DNA from: Candidatus Thalassarchaeum betae
Lineage (GTDB): Archaea > Thermoplasmatota > Poseidoniia > Poseidoniales > Thalassarchaeaceae
DNA length: 64,000 bases
Direction: 5' to 3'
Assembly: GCA_003193925.1 (NCBI GenBank)
Contig: PSPG01000001.1
Span: forward strand, 15,494-79,493
Shown: positions 38,358 to 49,972 of the stretch, in pieces
Numbering within the stretch: the stretch's first letter is position 1
How the letters are laid out: every line of letters begins with the position of its first letter
Translations under genes and position numbers: made by a program
Notes under the pieces: generated by a model
Seen by the model: only the letters and a program-made list of their open reading frames with translations
Database searches by the model: none
Told to the model about the DNA's origin: nothing

Positions 38358-40406
38358 CTAGGAGAAGATGTCGGGGTGCCACGCTACGATCTTCCCGGTG
38401 AAGGCGCTGGCCATCACCGTCAACGGGCTTGCGAGGTAGAGCCTGCCCGGGCCTGAGCGGCCCTGGTAGTTGCGGTTAATCGCCGATATGGTGACCTGCT
38501 CAGCATCATCACTGATTCCCGGACCGGCGCCTATGCAGGCGCCGCAGCCCGGGTCGATGAGCTTGACACCAGCGCGCTCGAACATCTCGGTCCAACCATT
38601 GCGCGCTGACAGGTCCTTGACCGTCTTCGAGCCGAACTGGATGTAGCAGTCGACGTCCTCGGGTATGGTCAGGCCGGCCTCGAGGGCGGCCTCGGTCACC
38701 CGCGCGTAGTAAGCGAAATCATCCTCCTTGCCCGCAGTGCACGAGCCAGCGTAGGCGATGTCGATGCTTACCTCACCCAGCTCGTGGACGTAGGCGCCGT
38801 TGGTCGGGTCCGACGGAATTCCCTTGTCGGGATCCCCGGGATGAGCTACCATCGGCATGATCTCAGAGAGGTCGATGGTGTGGACCCCGCCATCGTATCT
38901 CGCGCCCTCGTCAGGCATAATGAAGTCGGCACGGATATCCTCCTCGCTCACACCTGATCTGCGTCGCATCAGCCACTCGACTGTCGCGTCGTCAGGCTCG
39001 CATATCCCGGTCTTGGCGCTGCACTCGGTAGCCATGTTGCATAGAGTGGCTCGCTCGTCCATCGACAGGCCAGCCAGTCCCGGCCCGCCGAACTCCATGC
39101 TCCTGTCGAGGGTCTCGGAGTTCGCGGCGTACTTCCAGAGGATATGCAGGATGACGTCCTTCGCGGTGCATCCCGGGTCGAGAGTGCCCATCAGCTCGAA
39201 GCGTATGCTCTCGGGTACTTGTACGAAGGCGAATTGGTTGTGGATGAGGTTGGCGTACTCGGTTGAACCCACTCCGTAGGCCAAGGCGTTGGTGGCACCG
39301 CCCATGCAAGTGTGCGAGTCAGTCGACTGGATGAAGTCACCAACATCGATGAACTCCTCCCGTGCGACCTGATGGCAGATGCCCGGGCTGATGCCGTCCT
39401 CGGCCGAGTAGTCGCGCACTCCAGTGCGCTTCTGAAACATCTCCTGCATGTCGCGCAGCGTCTGTATCTTCTCGGTGAACCTACCGTACTTGGGCACGCC
39501 GGTGGCGTACAAGAGGTGGTCTTCGAAAACCGCGTATTTCGATGGGTTTGGGATCTTGTAGTCATCACCATACTCCAACTTCAGGAACTCGTGAACCTGA
39601 GCTGTCGTGAACTCGTGGGAATAGCCTCCGTCGACCTGAGCCAGCACCGCGTCGCCCGGCTTAACGTAGCGAGACGCTCCGTTCTGACTCAGCAACTTGC
39701 CCGCAATCATCTTCTCAACCATGGTCATCGGGCGAGCCCCCGTCGTCAATTCCGGAATTCGGAGCTCTCCCGCTTTGAGTTTCTTGGCGAAGGGGAAGAT
39801 CCCTCCGTTCTCGATGATTAGCCTGGTCACAGGATCGTACTTCGAGGTGAACTCGTCCAGCGAGATGCTCTCTCCGTCCTGCAGGCGCTCAAGCATCGAG
39901 TAGTCGCCCATCAACTGGCCGAGGTTGATGTTGTTGCGCTCGTGGATGGGTGCGAAGGAGGCAGCGATGACGATCCTGACTCCCGACCAGCGTTCGCACT
40001 GGGCTGCCGTCTCGCGACTCGATCCAGTGCCCTTTCGATGCCCGGAGACGATGACCTCGAAGTCGCCGTCGAGCAAGGCCCGCGGCTCGAACACCCGCCT
40101 GCCCTCGTGTACCAAGCCAGCGTAGGCGTTCTCCGCGATTATCGCCGGTTCGTGGTCGAAGCAGACCCACGCCGGGGTCATCACATCGGTGTTGATGTCA
40201 TCGAGAAAATCGCTGACATCGAGGTCCTCCATGCGCAGGTCCACGCCCTCGTAGAGTTGCTTGCGAATCAACTCGAGATCTTTGGTCAGGAAGAGCACCC
40301 TCTTGCCTGCCGTCAGCCCTATTCGCTCCGGGGGCCATTGCTCCGACAAGGTTACACCACCTTCCTCGATGCTAGCCAAGGTTGCCGTGTATTTCACCGT
40401 TCTCAA
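38358..40406 (-). CDS. Single-chain aconitase-family hydro-lyase (swivel domain N-terminal to the [4Fe-4S] domains)
   Basis: DINTD and GSSRE (swivel); EDH, GICHQ, DSHT, GSC, PGCGACIG, NRNY.GR, YLASP. Confidence 0.88.
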   Translation of the reverse strand: MRTVKYTATLASIEEGGVTLSEQWPPERIGLTAGKRVLFLTKDLELIRKQLYEGVDLRMEDLDVSDFLDDINTDVMTPAWVCFDHEPAIIAENAYAGLVHEGRRVFEPRALLDGDFEVIVSGHRKGTGSSRETAAQCERWSGVRIVIAASFAPIHERNNINLGQLMGDYSMLERLQDGESISLDEFTSKYDPVTRLIIENGGIFPFAKKLKAGELRIPELTTGARPMTMVEKMIAGKLLSQNGASRYVKPGDAVLAQVDGGYSHEFTTAQVHEFLKLEYGDDYKIPNPSKYAVFEDHLLYATGVPKYGRFTEKIQTLRDMQEMFQKRTGVRDYSAEDGISPGICHQVAREEFIDVGDFIQSTDSHTCMGGATNALAYGVGSTEYANLIHNQFAFVQVPESIRFELMGTLDPGCTAKDVILHILWKYAANSETLDRSMEFGGPGLAGLSMDERATLCNMATECSAKTGICEPDDATVEWLMRRRSGVSEEDIRADFIMPDEGARYDGGVHTIDLSEIMPMVAHPGDPDKGIPSDPTNGAYVHELGEVSIDIAYAGSCTAGKEDDFAYYARVTEAALEAGLTIPEDVDCYIQFGSKTVKDLSARNGWTEMFERAGVKLIDPGCGACIGAGPGISDDAEQVTISAINRNYQGRSGPGRLYLASPLTVMASAFTGKIVAWHPDIFS

Positions 40407-40530
40407 TCGTTCGATTACAGTGTGCAGCCTCTCAGCACAACGGTAATGCTGGGTTTTCTTATACTGTCACTCTTAAATAAGATGGTCCGTCGGGATTCAT
40501 TATCTTTGCTTGCAAAGGTGGAGTGAGGGA

Positions 40531-41457
40531 ATGGCAGATTATCTGGTTGAAGACACTGTGAAGTGCAGTGAGTGCGGAAGTAGGAGCCTGAACAGAGATG
40601 AGACCAGGGGCGAGGTCGTATGCGAGGATTGCGGCCTCGTGCTGGAAGACAACGTGATCGACCAAGGCGCCGAGTGGCGTGTGTTCAGCCCCGAGCAGGG
40701 AGACCAGCGCGCGCGTACAGGCGCGCCGATGACGGTGATGCTGCACGACAAGGGACTGTCTACCGACATCGACTGGCAGAACAAGGACTACTCCGGCAAG
40801 GCCATCTCGAGCAGATATCGGAGCCAGTTCTACCGAATGAGGAAGTGGCAGAAGCGCTCGCGTGTCAGTAACGCGACCGAGCGAAACCTAGCCATGGCTC
40901 TGGCCGAGCTAGACCGCATGGCCAGCCGTCTTGACCTTCCCAAGTCGATTCGCGAGGCGGCTGCTGTGAATTACAAGAAGGCCGTCGAGGCGAGGCTCAT
41001 CCGTGGGCGCTCGATCGAGGGAGTGGCCGCTGCCAGCCTCTACGCTGCTTGCAGGCAGTGCAACAACCCCAGAACCCTAGACGAGATTGGCGAGGCCAGC
41101 AGGACCGGACGCAAGGAGATCGGTCGGACCTACCGATTCATGGTCCGTGAACTCAAGATGAAGATCCCGCCGACCAAGCCCGAGGACTACATACCCCGAT
41201 TCTGCTCCGGCCTCCACTTGGACGCCGAAGTCCAGTCGAAGGCATACGAGCTGATTGCGGCCGCGCAGGAGAAGGAACTCACGAGCGGGCGCGGCCCCAC
41301 TGGAATCGCAGCCTCGATCATCTACATCGCGAGCGTGCTGTGCGGTAAGCGCAGGACCCAGCGCGAGGTCGCCGAGGTCGCAGGTGTGACCGAGGTCACG
41401 ATTCGCAACCGATACAAGGAACTGATTCAGAACCTCAATATCGAACTCGAGATCTGA
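40531..41457 (+). CDS. tfb: Transcription initiation factor IIB
   Basis: CSEC...CEDC ribbon, EWRVF, HDKGL, two cyclin repeats, [12 protein letters not shown]. Confidence 0.97.
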   Translation: MADYLVEDTVKCSECGSRSLNRDETRGEVVCEDCGLVLEDNVIDQGAEWRVFSPEQGDQRARTGAPMTVMLHDKGLSTDIDWQNKDYSGKAISSRYRSQFYRMRKWQKRSRVSNATERNLAMALAELDRMASRLDLPKSIREAAAVNYKKAVEARLIRGRSIEGVAAASLYAACRQCNNPRTLDEIGEASRTGRKEIGRTYRFMVRELKMKIPPTKPEDYIPRFCSGLHLDAEVQSKAYELIAAAQEKELTSGRGPTGIAASIIYIASVLCGKRRTQREVAEVAGVTEVTIRNRYKELIQNLNIELEI

Positions 41458-41465
41458 GCCCCGAA

Positions 41466-44400
41466 TCAGGAGCATCCTGTGGTAGCGCCACAGGAGTTGC
41501 ACCTCAGACAGGTCCCGTTCCTAGTCATCTGGCTGCTGCCGCACTCGGTGCAGATATCTCCAGTGAAGCCACGCTCCCGAGCGGCTTGGCGCACCCGCGC
41601 CTCGAGATCCTCCAGGGGAGCGACAGCGGCCTCCAGAGTCATCTGGAGATCGCGCTTCTCTCCTTGAGTGCGGCTGATGCCTTCTTCGGTGATGGCGGGC
41701 TTGCTAATCGACGTCTTGTCCAGATCCTCCTCAGTGACATGAGCTAGGTCATCCCGATTGAGATAGTGAATCCCCAGTTCCCTGAAGATGTAGTCGACGA
41801 TGCTAGTCGACATCTTGACCCGACCGCTCCCTCCGGTGACCATCCCACTGGGCTCGAACTTCTGGAACGTGAACGACTTCACGAAGGCGTCCAACGGCAC
41901 CCCGTACTGCAGGCCGATGGATACGGCTATGGCGAACTGGTTGAGCATCGAGCGCCAAGCCGCACCCTCTTTCGAGGTGGTGATCATGATCTCGCCTAAG
42001 CGACCGTCATCGTATGTGCTTGATGTCAGGTACACGGTGTGCCCGCCGACCCGAGCCTTCAGGCCTCGCTGTTCCTTCACATTAGGCAGTGGTCTCCTAC
42101 TGGTGATATAATCCTGAACGAAGGACTCGGCCAGCGGCTTGGCTTCCTGCTCTGGCACAGGCAGCACCCTGACGGTCTCCTCAACCATCTTCTCTACCAT
42201 CTCTTCCTCTTCGCGCTCCTCTGCGTACTCGGCCGTGTCCACGAGTTGGTTCATCAGCGGCTGTGACAACTTGGAGCAGTCGCGGTATACGGCGCACGCC
42301 TTGTTCATCGTGGTGTGACTGAGGTTGTAGGCCTCTCTGATGTCATCCACGGTGGAGTCGGATGGCATGTTGATCGTCTTGGAGATAGCTCCTGAGATGA
42401 ACGGTTGCGCCGCAGCCATCATCCTGACGTGAGCAGGCCAGTCGATCGACCTCTTGCCGTACTTGCCGCAGGGGGTGGCGCAGTCGAAGACCGCCAGATG
42501 TTCGTCCTTCAAACCGGGCGCGCCCTCTATCGTGCCGTAGCCGAAGATATGTTCGTCGGCTGCGTCTATCTCAGTCGTGGTGAAGCCAAGGTATCCGAGG
42601 GTATCGAAGAACGAGTCTTCGTACTGGGCCTTCGACATCCCGAGCGTCCCGGTGCAGAACTGATCGCTGAGGATCGAAGGGGAGAAGGCGGAGCGGATGT
42701 CGAACACGTCGCTCATCTTCTTTTCAATCCCCCTAACCCGCGCGGCGGTGAAGCCGAGATCCTTCAGGCGTTCGGCGGAGAGAGTGGGGCAACCGCTCAA
42801 GCGACCGGTCCCCACGATGAACTCCTCGATCGCCTCGGTCTCGCTGTTTGAGTAGCCGAGCCGACGTAGGGCGTTCGAAACGCTTCTGTTGATGATCCTC
42901 AGAGAGCCGCCGCCGGCCAGAGTCTTGTACTGGACGAGGGAGAATGCCGGCTCCACGCCGGTGGTGTCCGCGCCCATAACGAGCCCGATGGTGCCGGTGG
43001 GCGCGATGACCGTGGTCTGCGCGTTGCGGTAACCATGCTCCTCGCCGACCCGAACGGCACGGTCCCAAGAGCTCCGGGCCGCATCGAGTAGATCCTTCGG
43101 ACACTTCTTGGCATTGATTCCCATTGGAGGCACGGTGAGTCCCTCATATTCCTCCGCCGGTGCGTCGTAAGCGGCACGCCGGTGGTTGCGCATCACTCTC
43201 AGCATGTGCTTGGAGTTCCTCTCGTAGTCGGGGAACGCCCCTAGGATGGAAGCCATTTCGGCGCTCGTGGCATATGCCTCGCCGCACATGATGGAGGTGA
43301 TGGCCCCGCAGATGGCGTAGGCCCGCTCGTCGTCGTAAGGGATTCCCATGTGCATCAGCAGCGAGCCGATGTTGCAGTAGCCGAGACCCAAGGTGCGGTA
43401 ATCGTACGATTTGCGGGCTATTTCCTCCGAGGGGAACTGGGCCATCAGAACGCTGATCTCAAGGGTGGTCGTCCACAGTCGGACGCTGTGGCGGAAGTCT
43501 TCAATCTGGAAGGTCTGCGTGCCCAAGTCGTAGTAGTGGAGGAGGTTGATGCTGGCTAGGTTGCAGGCTGTGTCATCGAGGAACATGTACTCCGAACACG
43601 GGTTCGAACCGTTGATCCGACCGCCTTCGGGACAGGTGTGCCACTCGTTGATGGTGGTGTCGAACTGGACTCCAGGGTCAGCGCATGCCCAAGCGGTGTA
43701 GGCGATTTTCTCCCACAGTCCCCCGGCATCCACGGTCTTACACGGCTTGGGCTCCCTGCCTCGCTTGGTGGCTTTGTCCAGCTCGGTCCGCCAGTACAGG
43801 TTCCAATCACCGCCGCCCCTTACCGCTTCCATGAACTCGTTGGGAACGCGGACCGAGTTGTTGCTGTTCTGACCGGAGACAGTCATGTAGGCCTCGCCCT
43901 GCCAGTCGGTGTCGAAGGACTCGAAGTCAACCCCTTTCCAACCTTGTCTAGCAAGATCGACGATCCTCTGTATGTGGGGGGGTGGGACATCATCCTTGAT
44001 GGCACTGAGCATGGCTCTGCGAAGCCCGAGGTTAGTCCGCTGGTCGAATCTGCCTTCGTCGTCGCCATACTCCCAGATGGCGTCCATTAGGGTGTTGGCG
44101 TTCTTCTGCAGGATGCTGCTGCCGATTACGAGGGCGGAGACCTTCTCCTCCTCGCTGTGCTTCCAGTCGATGTACTCCTCGATATCCGGGTGATCGAGGT
44201 CCAGCGTGACCATTTTGGCAGCACGCCTCGTCGTCCCTCCCGACTTGATTGCTCCGGCAGCCCGATCTCCTATCTTAAGGAACGAGAGCAGCCCGCTCGA
44301 ACTGCCGCCACCAGACAGGGGCTCGCCGGCACCGCGAACCCTAGAGAAGTTCGATCCGGTGCCTGACCCATACTTGAAGAGCAGGGCCTCGCGGCTCCAC

Positions 44401-45107
44401 AGTCCCATGATGGAGTCGGAGCCGCCGACCAGTGAGTCCGATACCGACTGGATGAAGCAGGCGTGTGGCTGGGGGCGCTCGTAGGCATTAGCAGAGTACT
44501 CCAGCGCGTTGGTAGCCGGGTTCACGAAAGAGTGTCCTTGGGCCGGCCCCTCGATACCGTATGCCCAGTGCAGACCAGTGTTGAACCACTGGGGGCTGTT
44601 AGGTGCCGAACGCTGACTCGCAATCAGGTAGCACATCTCATCGAAGTAGGCGCGGGCGTCGGCCTCACTTGCGAAGTAGTCGTACTTCCAGCCCCAGTAG
44701 GTCCAGGTTCCTGCGAGGCGTCGGAAAAGTTGCCTCCCATCATTTTCTCCACTTGTTCTATCGTCCACGTCAAGTGTCTGAAGCTTCTCATGATCCGGGA
44801 CACTTCGCTGGAGCCAGACGGGCACACCGTCCTCCGGGACCTTCCGGAGGGCCTTGGGAACGCCGGCCTTGCGCAGGTACTTCTGGGCGCATACCTTCCC
44901 CGCAACCCCGGTAAAGCCGGGAGGCAACCTCACACCCTCGATGGCATCGGCCATCGAACCGTCCGGGTTCCTAATCTCCACATCCATCTCAATCCAGTCG
45001 AAGGCCTCGAACGGATTGTCCCCGGCCGTGGTGAAGCGACGCTCGATGACCATCCCGATCTCGGCTTCGCCGGTTTCGAGGTCACCACTGATTCTGGTCT
45101 CCATCAT
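41466..45107 (-). CDS. nrdJ: Adenosylcobalamin-dependent (class II) ribonucleotide reductase
   Basis: PNSPQWFN, ACFI, RRAAKM, SNPCSEY, CNLAS, APTGT, SKTINMP, C-terminal CxxC...CxxC...GCS. Confidence 0.95.
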   Translation of the reverse strand: MMETRISGDLETGEAEIGMVIERRFTTAGDNPFEAFDWIEMDVEIRNPDGSMADAIEGVRLPPGFTGVAGKVCAQKYLRKAGVPKALRKVPEDGVPVWLQRSVPDHEKLQTLDVDDRTSGENDGRQLFRRLAGTWTYWGWKYDYFASEADARAYFDEMCYLIASQRSAPNSPQWFNTGLHWAYGIEGPAQGHSFVNPATNALEYSANAYERPQPHACFIQSVSDSLVGGSDSIMGLWSREALLFKYGSGTGSNFSRVRGAGEPLSGGGSSSGLLSFLKIGDRAAGAIKSGGTTRRAAKMVTLDLDHPDIEEYIDWKHSEEEKVSALVIGSSILQKNANTLMDAIWEYGDDEGRFDQRTNLGLRRAMLSAIKDDVPPPHIQRIVDLARQGWKGVDFESFDTDWQGEAYMTVSGQNSNNSVRVPNEFMEAVRGGGDWNLYWRTELDKATKRGREPKPCKTVDAGGLWEKIAYTAWACADPGVQFDTTINEWHTCPEGGRINGSNPCSEYMFLDDTACNLASINLLHYYDLGTQTFQIEDFRHSVRLWTTTLEISVLMAQFPSEEIARKSYDYRTLGLGYCNIGSLLMHMGIPYDDERAYAICGAITSIMCGEAYATSAEMASILGAFPDYERNSKHMLRVMRNHRRAAYDAPAEEYEGLTVPPMGINAKKCPKDLLDAARSSWDRAVRVGEEHGYRNAQTTVIAPTGTIGLVMGADTTGVEPAFSLVQYKTLAGGGSLRIINRSVSNALRRLGYSNSETEAIEEFIVGTGRLSGCPTLSAERLKDLGFTAARVRGIEKKMSDVFDIRSAFSPSILSDQFCTGTLGMSKAQYEDSFFDTLGYLGFTTTEIDAADEHIFGYGTIEGAPGLKDEHLAVFDCATPCGKYGKRSIDWPAHVRMMAAAQPFISGAISKTINMPSDSTVDDIREAYNLSHTTMNKACAVYRDCSKLSQPLMNQLVDTAEYAEEREEEEMVEKMVEETVRVLPVPEQEAKPLAESFVQDYITSRRPLPNVKEQRGLKARVGGHTVYLTSSTYDDGRLGEIMITTSKEGAAWRSMLNQFAIAVSIGLQYGVPLDAFVKSFTFQKFEPSGMVTGGSGRVKMSTSIVDYIFRELGIHYLNRDDLAHVTEEDLDKTSISKPAITEEGISRTQGEKRDLQMTLEAAVAPLEDLEARVRQAARERGFTGDICTECGSSQMTRNGTCLRCNSCGATTGCS

Positions 45108-45279
45108 GCATCCTCTCCTTCGTGATTACCGGGTCGGTTAGGGCGTCCCTCGCGCAAGAGTCGCCCTTCCGAATGGGGGGTGTTTAATGATTGAGGAAGT
45201 GAACCCGTCGGAGGAAGACGATTACAGAAATTCTACTCGGGTTCCGCCGTTGGAGAATTCTTACATTATCGGAAATACG

Positions 45280-45669
45280 TCATGCTCTGATGTCGACTGA
45301 CCAGTCCAGTGCAACTCCTGCACCAGTCATCATCGCACCGACGGAACAGTACTTCTCATGACTCTGCTCGATGAGTCGATTGACCAGTTTCTCCGGGACG
45401 TCTCCCTCGATGACATACTTCATACGGACAGCCGTGAAGACACGCGGATGCTCATCTGCTCGATCCGCCTCGAGCTCGACCCATGCGGAGCGCACGTTGT
45501 CCATCCTGTCCTTCAGGCCCGCAATCACGTCGATGAACGAGCAAGCACCATGTGAGATGAGCACCATCTGCATCGGGCCGGCGTGTGCTTCACTGTGTAT
45601 ACCGAAACTCTTGCCAGCGATCTCACCTACCATTTCCTCGCCCGTAATCCAATGCACTGTCCCTTGCAT
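45280..45669 (-). CDS. OsmC family protein
   Basis: GPMQ...GACS and EKYCSV redox Cys pair. Confidence 0.88.
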   Translation of the reverse strand: MQGTVHWITGEEMVGEIAGKSFGIHSEAHAGPMQMVLISHGACSFIDVIAGLKDRMDNVRSAWVELEADRADEHPRVFTAVRMKYVIEGDVPEKLVNRLIEQSHEKYCSVGAMMTGAGVALDWSVDIRA

Positions 45670-45741
45670 GCTCTCGCACAATCGTCTCAGACCATGAGGG
45701 TTGGCTTCATGAAGGGGGGGTTGGTCGGCGCGCTGAGAGAC

Positions 45742-46971
<1,230 letters not shown>

Positions 46972-46980
46972 GTTGACCCC

Positions 46981-48330
46981 ATGGATTTCACTTCTCTCAA
47001 CCTCTGTCAGCCCCTGCTGGATGCCCTTGACGAGATTGGTTACGTCTCGCCGACGCCGATTCAAGCCCAGGCCATCCCCTACCTCATTGAAGGCCGCGAC
47101 ATAATCGGTTGCGCCCAGACGGGCACAGGGAAGACCGCCGCATTCGCCCTACCAATCCTCGATGCGATGGCCAAAGATCCGTGGGTGGGCTCACGCCGCA
47201 TCCGCGCTCTGATGCTGTGCCCAACACGCGAGCTTGCAACCCAGATTCACGACAATATCGAGCAATATGCTCGACACCTCGACATCCGTTCGATGGCTAT
47301 GTTTGGCGGAGTATCGCAGCGCCCTCAGGAGAATATTCTGCGCCGCGGCGTTGACATCTTGGTCGCCACCCCCGGTCGCTTGCTTGACCTCATCTCACAG
47401 GGATACGTTGACCTGTCCTACGTGCAGTTCCTCGTTCTCGATGAGGCGGATCGCATGCTCGACATGGGTTTCATCCGAGACATCCGTAAAATTCTAGCAC
47501 AAATTCCAAAGAACCGCCAGAGTCTGCTATTCAGTGCCACCATACCGCGCTCGATTGTCGATTTGTCCCGTGATATGCTCTATGATCCGGTAAGCGTCTC
47601 CATCACACCCGAATCAGCCACCGTAGAGGCCATCGAACAATCTCTTATGTTCGTCATGAGGAGCGACAAGCGTGGCCTCTTGACTTACATTATCGAGGAG
47701 AAGCGACCCGATAAGGTGCTTGTGTTCAGCCGCACCAAGCACGGTTGCAATCGCATCGTCAGACAACTTGGACAAGACGGTATCGAAGCCCTCCCAATCC
47801 ACGGCAACAAGAGTCAGGGCGCGCGTGAGAATGCCCTCCGCCGATTCCGCAATGGTACCCTCCAGGTACTAGTCGCCACCGACGTGGCGAGCCGCGGCAT
47901 CGATGTCTCCGACATCAGTCACGTCATCAATCTGGATCTGCCTAACGAGCCCGAGGTCTATGTGCACCGCATCGGACGTACGGGACGTGCAGGCCAAGCG
48001 GGCATCACCATTGCTTTCTGTGATGAGAACGAAGGCGAGTATCTGCGCGAAATCGAGAAGATGATTCGTCAGGACATCCCAGTCGATGAGGATCACCCTT
48101 TCCACTCCGAGAAGGCTCGGTCGCGCAAGGGCAACAAGGCGCCCAAGAAGCAGCAGAATCGGGGCCGCGGCCGTCACCAGCCTCGCAATGGCAAATCCGA
48201 CGGCAAGCGCTCGAATGGCAAATCAAATCACCAGTCCAACGGTGGACGCAATGGCCGGCGTTCAGGCCGCGGCCGAAGCCGCAAGCAACGCAAGCAACGC
48301 AAGCAACGCAAGCACCGGACCCGTTACTGA
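46981..48330 (+). CDS. DEAD-box RNA helicase, RhlE-like
   Basis: Q motif, AQTGTGKT, PTRELA, TPGRL, DEAD, SAT, HRIGRTGR, basic tail. Confidence 0.94.
   Translation: MDFTSLNLCQPLLDALDEIGYVSPTPIQAQAIPYLIEGRDIIGCAQTGTGKTAAFALPILDAMAKDPWVGSRRIRALMLCPTRELATQIHDNIEQYARHLDIRSMAMFGGVSQRPQENILRRGVDILVATPGRLLDLISQGYVDLSYVQFLVLDEADRMLDMGFIRDIRKILAQIPKNRQSLLFSATIPRSIVDLSRDMLYDPVSVSITPESATVEAIEQSLMFVMRSDKRGLLTYIIEEKRPDKVLVFSRTKHGCNRIVRQLGQDGIEALPIHGNKSQGARENALRRFRNGTLQVLVATDVASRGIDVSDISHVINLDLPNEPEVYVHRIGRTGRAGQAGITIAFCDENEGEYLREIEKMIRQDIPVDEDHPFHSEKARSRKGNKAPKKQQNRGRGRHQPRNGKSDGKRSNGKSNHQSNGGRNGRRSGRGRSRKQRKQRKQRKHRTRY
48280..48315 (+). repeat. In-frame 9-nt tandem repeat in the helicase tail
   Basis: (CGCAAGCAA)x3 followed by CGCAAGCAC, encoding RKQRKQRKQRKH. 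Confidence 0.9.
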
Positions 48331-48662
48331 GTTAGCACGTACGCAGCTACTACTACGACAGCAGCAATTACGGCGTACTTGATCATGTCCGCACTGCCCT
48401 CGCCCGAGCCTGAGCTCACACGGAGAACACTGTCATTGGGTCGGACCCTCTCAGGGACCTTGATTCCGATATCATCTCCGGCTCCGGCCGAAGTAACTTG
48501 TTCCCTTTCTATCTCTATCGAATCTACCACAATCTCGAAGTCCGTGGTCGCTCCGACGAACCTGATCCTATCCCCAACGGAGAGGTCTGCGGTAAGCTCC
48601 AGCGCGGCGACCCCGACCTTTCGGAAATAACGGTCGACCCGGCCTACTTCTTCGTCTGACAC
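48324..48662 (-). CDS. Small translation-factor-like beta-barrel protein with C-terminal TM
   Basis: VGRVDRYFRKVGVA...VGDRI...GIKVPERVR; GAGGTGA RBS before GTG; hydrophobic C-terminus. Confidence 0.7.
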   Translation of the reverse strand: MSDEEVGRVDRYFRKVGVAALELTADLSVGDRIRFVGATTDFEIVVDSIEIEREQVTSAGAGDDIGIKVPERVRPNDSVLRVSSGSGEGSADMIKYAVIAAVVVVAAYVLTQ

Positions 48663-48839
48663 ATTTTCACCTCGTCGACCGAGCAGGGCAATTGGTCATC
48701 AAGTTACGGATTCACGGAAATTGGGTATTATTGAGGGAATCTCCCCGGTGATAATCGCACTCTCTGACTCTCGCAATAGCGTTCAAACACTGTTTCTCTC
48801 TCTCCTTGAAGTTTAATTATAGCACTGATTAGGCGGGCT

Positions 48840-49964
48840 ATGCCCGCCGTAATCGTCGGATACGCGCGTTCACCCTTCACACCCGCTAGAAGGGGCGCCC
48901 TCGCTCGAACGAGGCCCGATGACATCGCAGCAGCAGTCGTGAACCAACTCATCTCGGATGTCGGGGTCGATCCCTCTCTGGTCGAGGACCTCATCGTCGG
49001 GTGCGCCTTCCCAGAGGGCGAGCAAGGATACAACCTGGCTCGGGTCATCACCTTCCTTACCGACCTGCCTGAGACTGTGCCCGGAGTGACAATCAATCGT
49101 TTCTGCGGCTCGTCGATGCAGTCGATTCACGATGCCGCAGCCCGCATCGCCGCAGGTCAGGGTCACGCCTTCATCGCTGGGGGTGTCGAGTCTATGTCGC
49201 GAATCCCGATGACCGGGTTCAATCCGCTTCCCAACCCCACGCTAGACGAGGAGGCAATGACGTCGATGGGCACCACTGCCGAGAATCTCTCCAACATGCA
49301 CGGCATCGACCGCGAGGCCCAAGAGGCATTCGCTGTTGAGAGCCAGGCGAGAGCCGCCGCCGCTCGTGAGTCCGGTGCGTTTGCTGACGAGATCGTCCCA
49401 ATCGAGACCAGTGATGGGATTGTGGACACCGATGGCTGCATCCGAGCTGGGACCGACGCAGAGACGCTAGCAGGACTTCGCCCTGCGTTCGATGCCAATG
49501 GGACGGTCACCGCCGGAACCTCGTCTCCGCTGACTGACGGGGCTGCATTCGTCTTCGTCTGCTCCGAGGAGTTCGCAGCAGAGCACGGGCTCGCCCCTAT
49601 GGCCCGAATCAAGAGCGCCGCCGTCTCCGGATGCGCGCCCGAGATCATGGGCATCGGACCCGTGCAGGCGACGAGGAAAGCCCTAGAGCGGGCCGGTCTG
49701 ACTCTGGACGACATCGACCTCATCGAACTCAACGAGGCCTTCGCCGCGCAGTCGCTGGCGGTGATAGGAGAGCTTGGCCTGGACAGGGACAAGGTCAACA
49801 TCGAGGGCGGCGCCATCGCACTCGGCCATCCCCTAGGCGCCAGCGGAGCGAGGATTACCGGCAAGGCGGCTCAACTGATGCAGAAGAACGGGGCCGAGCT
49901 CGCTCTGGCCACTCTGTGCGTGGGAGGCGGGATGGGCATGGCCACCGTGCTCGAGAGGGTCTAG
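48840..49964 (+). CDS. fadA: Acetyl-CoA acyltransferase (thiolase)
   Basis: NRFCGSS, NEAFA, GHPLGASG, LCVGGGMG. Confidence 0.93.
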   Translation: MPAVIVGYARSPFTPARRGALARTRPDDIAAAVVNQLISDVGVDPSLVEDLIVGCAFPEGEQGYNLARVITFLTDLPETVPGVTINRFCGSSMQSIHDAAARIAAGQGHAFIAGGVESMSRIPMTGFNPLPNPTLDEEAMTSMGTTAENLSNMHGIDREAQEAFAVESQARAAAARESGAFADEIVPIETSDGIVDTDGCIRAGTDAETLAGLRPAFDANGTVTAGTSSPLTDGAAFVFVCSEEFAAEHGLAPMARIKSAAVSGCAPEIMGIGPVQATRKALERAGLTLDDIDLIELNEAFAAQSLAVIGELGLDRDKVNIEGGAIALGHPLGASGARITGKAAQLMQKNGAELALATLCVGGGMGMATVLERV

Positions 49965-49972
49965 GTGGTAAC

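Noticed and set aside
41466-45107. Possible intein in the long RNR
   Set aside because: Catalytic motifs read contiguously; no intein splice-junction or LAGLIDADG motifs recognised
15694-45232. Identical 12-mer AATTTCTGTAAT upstream of the PLP lyase (15694-15705) and nrdJ (45221-45232, minus strand)
   Set aside because: One such match among AT-rich intergenic regions is plausible by chance, and the distances to the starts differ
49631-49972. 114-aa N-terminal extension of the HADH/ECH ORF
   Set aside because: It overlaps thiolase in another frame; a TTG start with RBS at 49973 fits better
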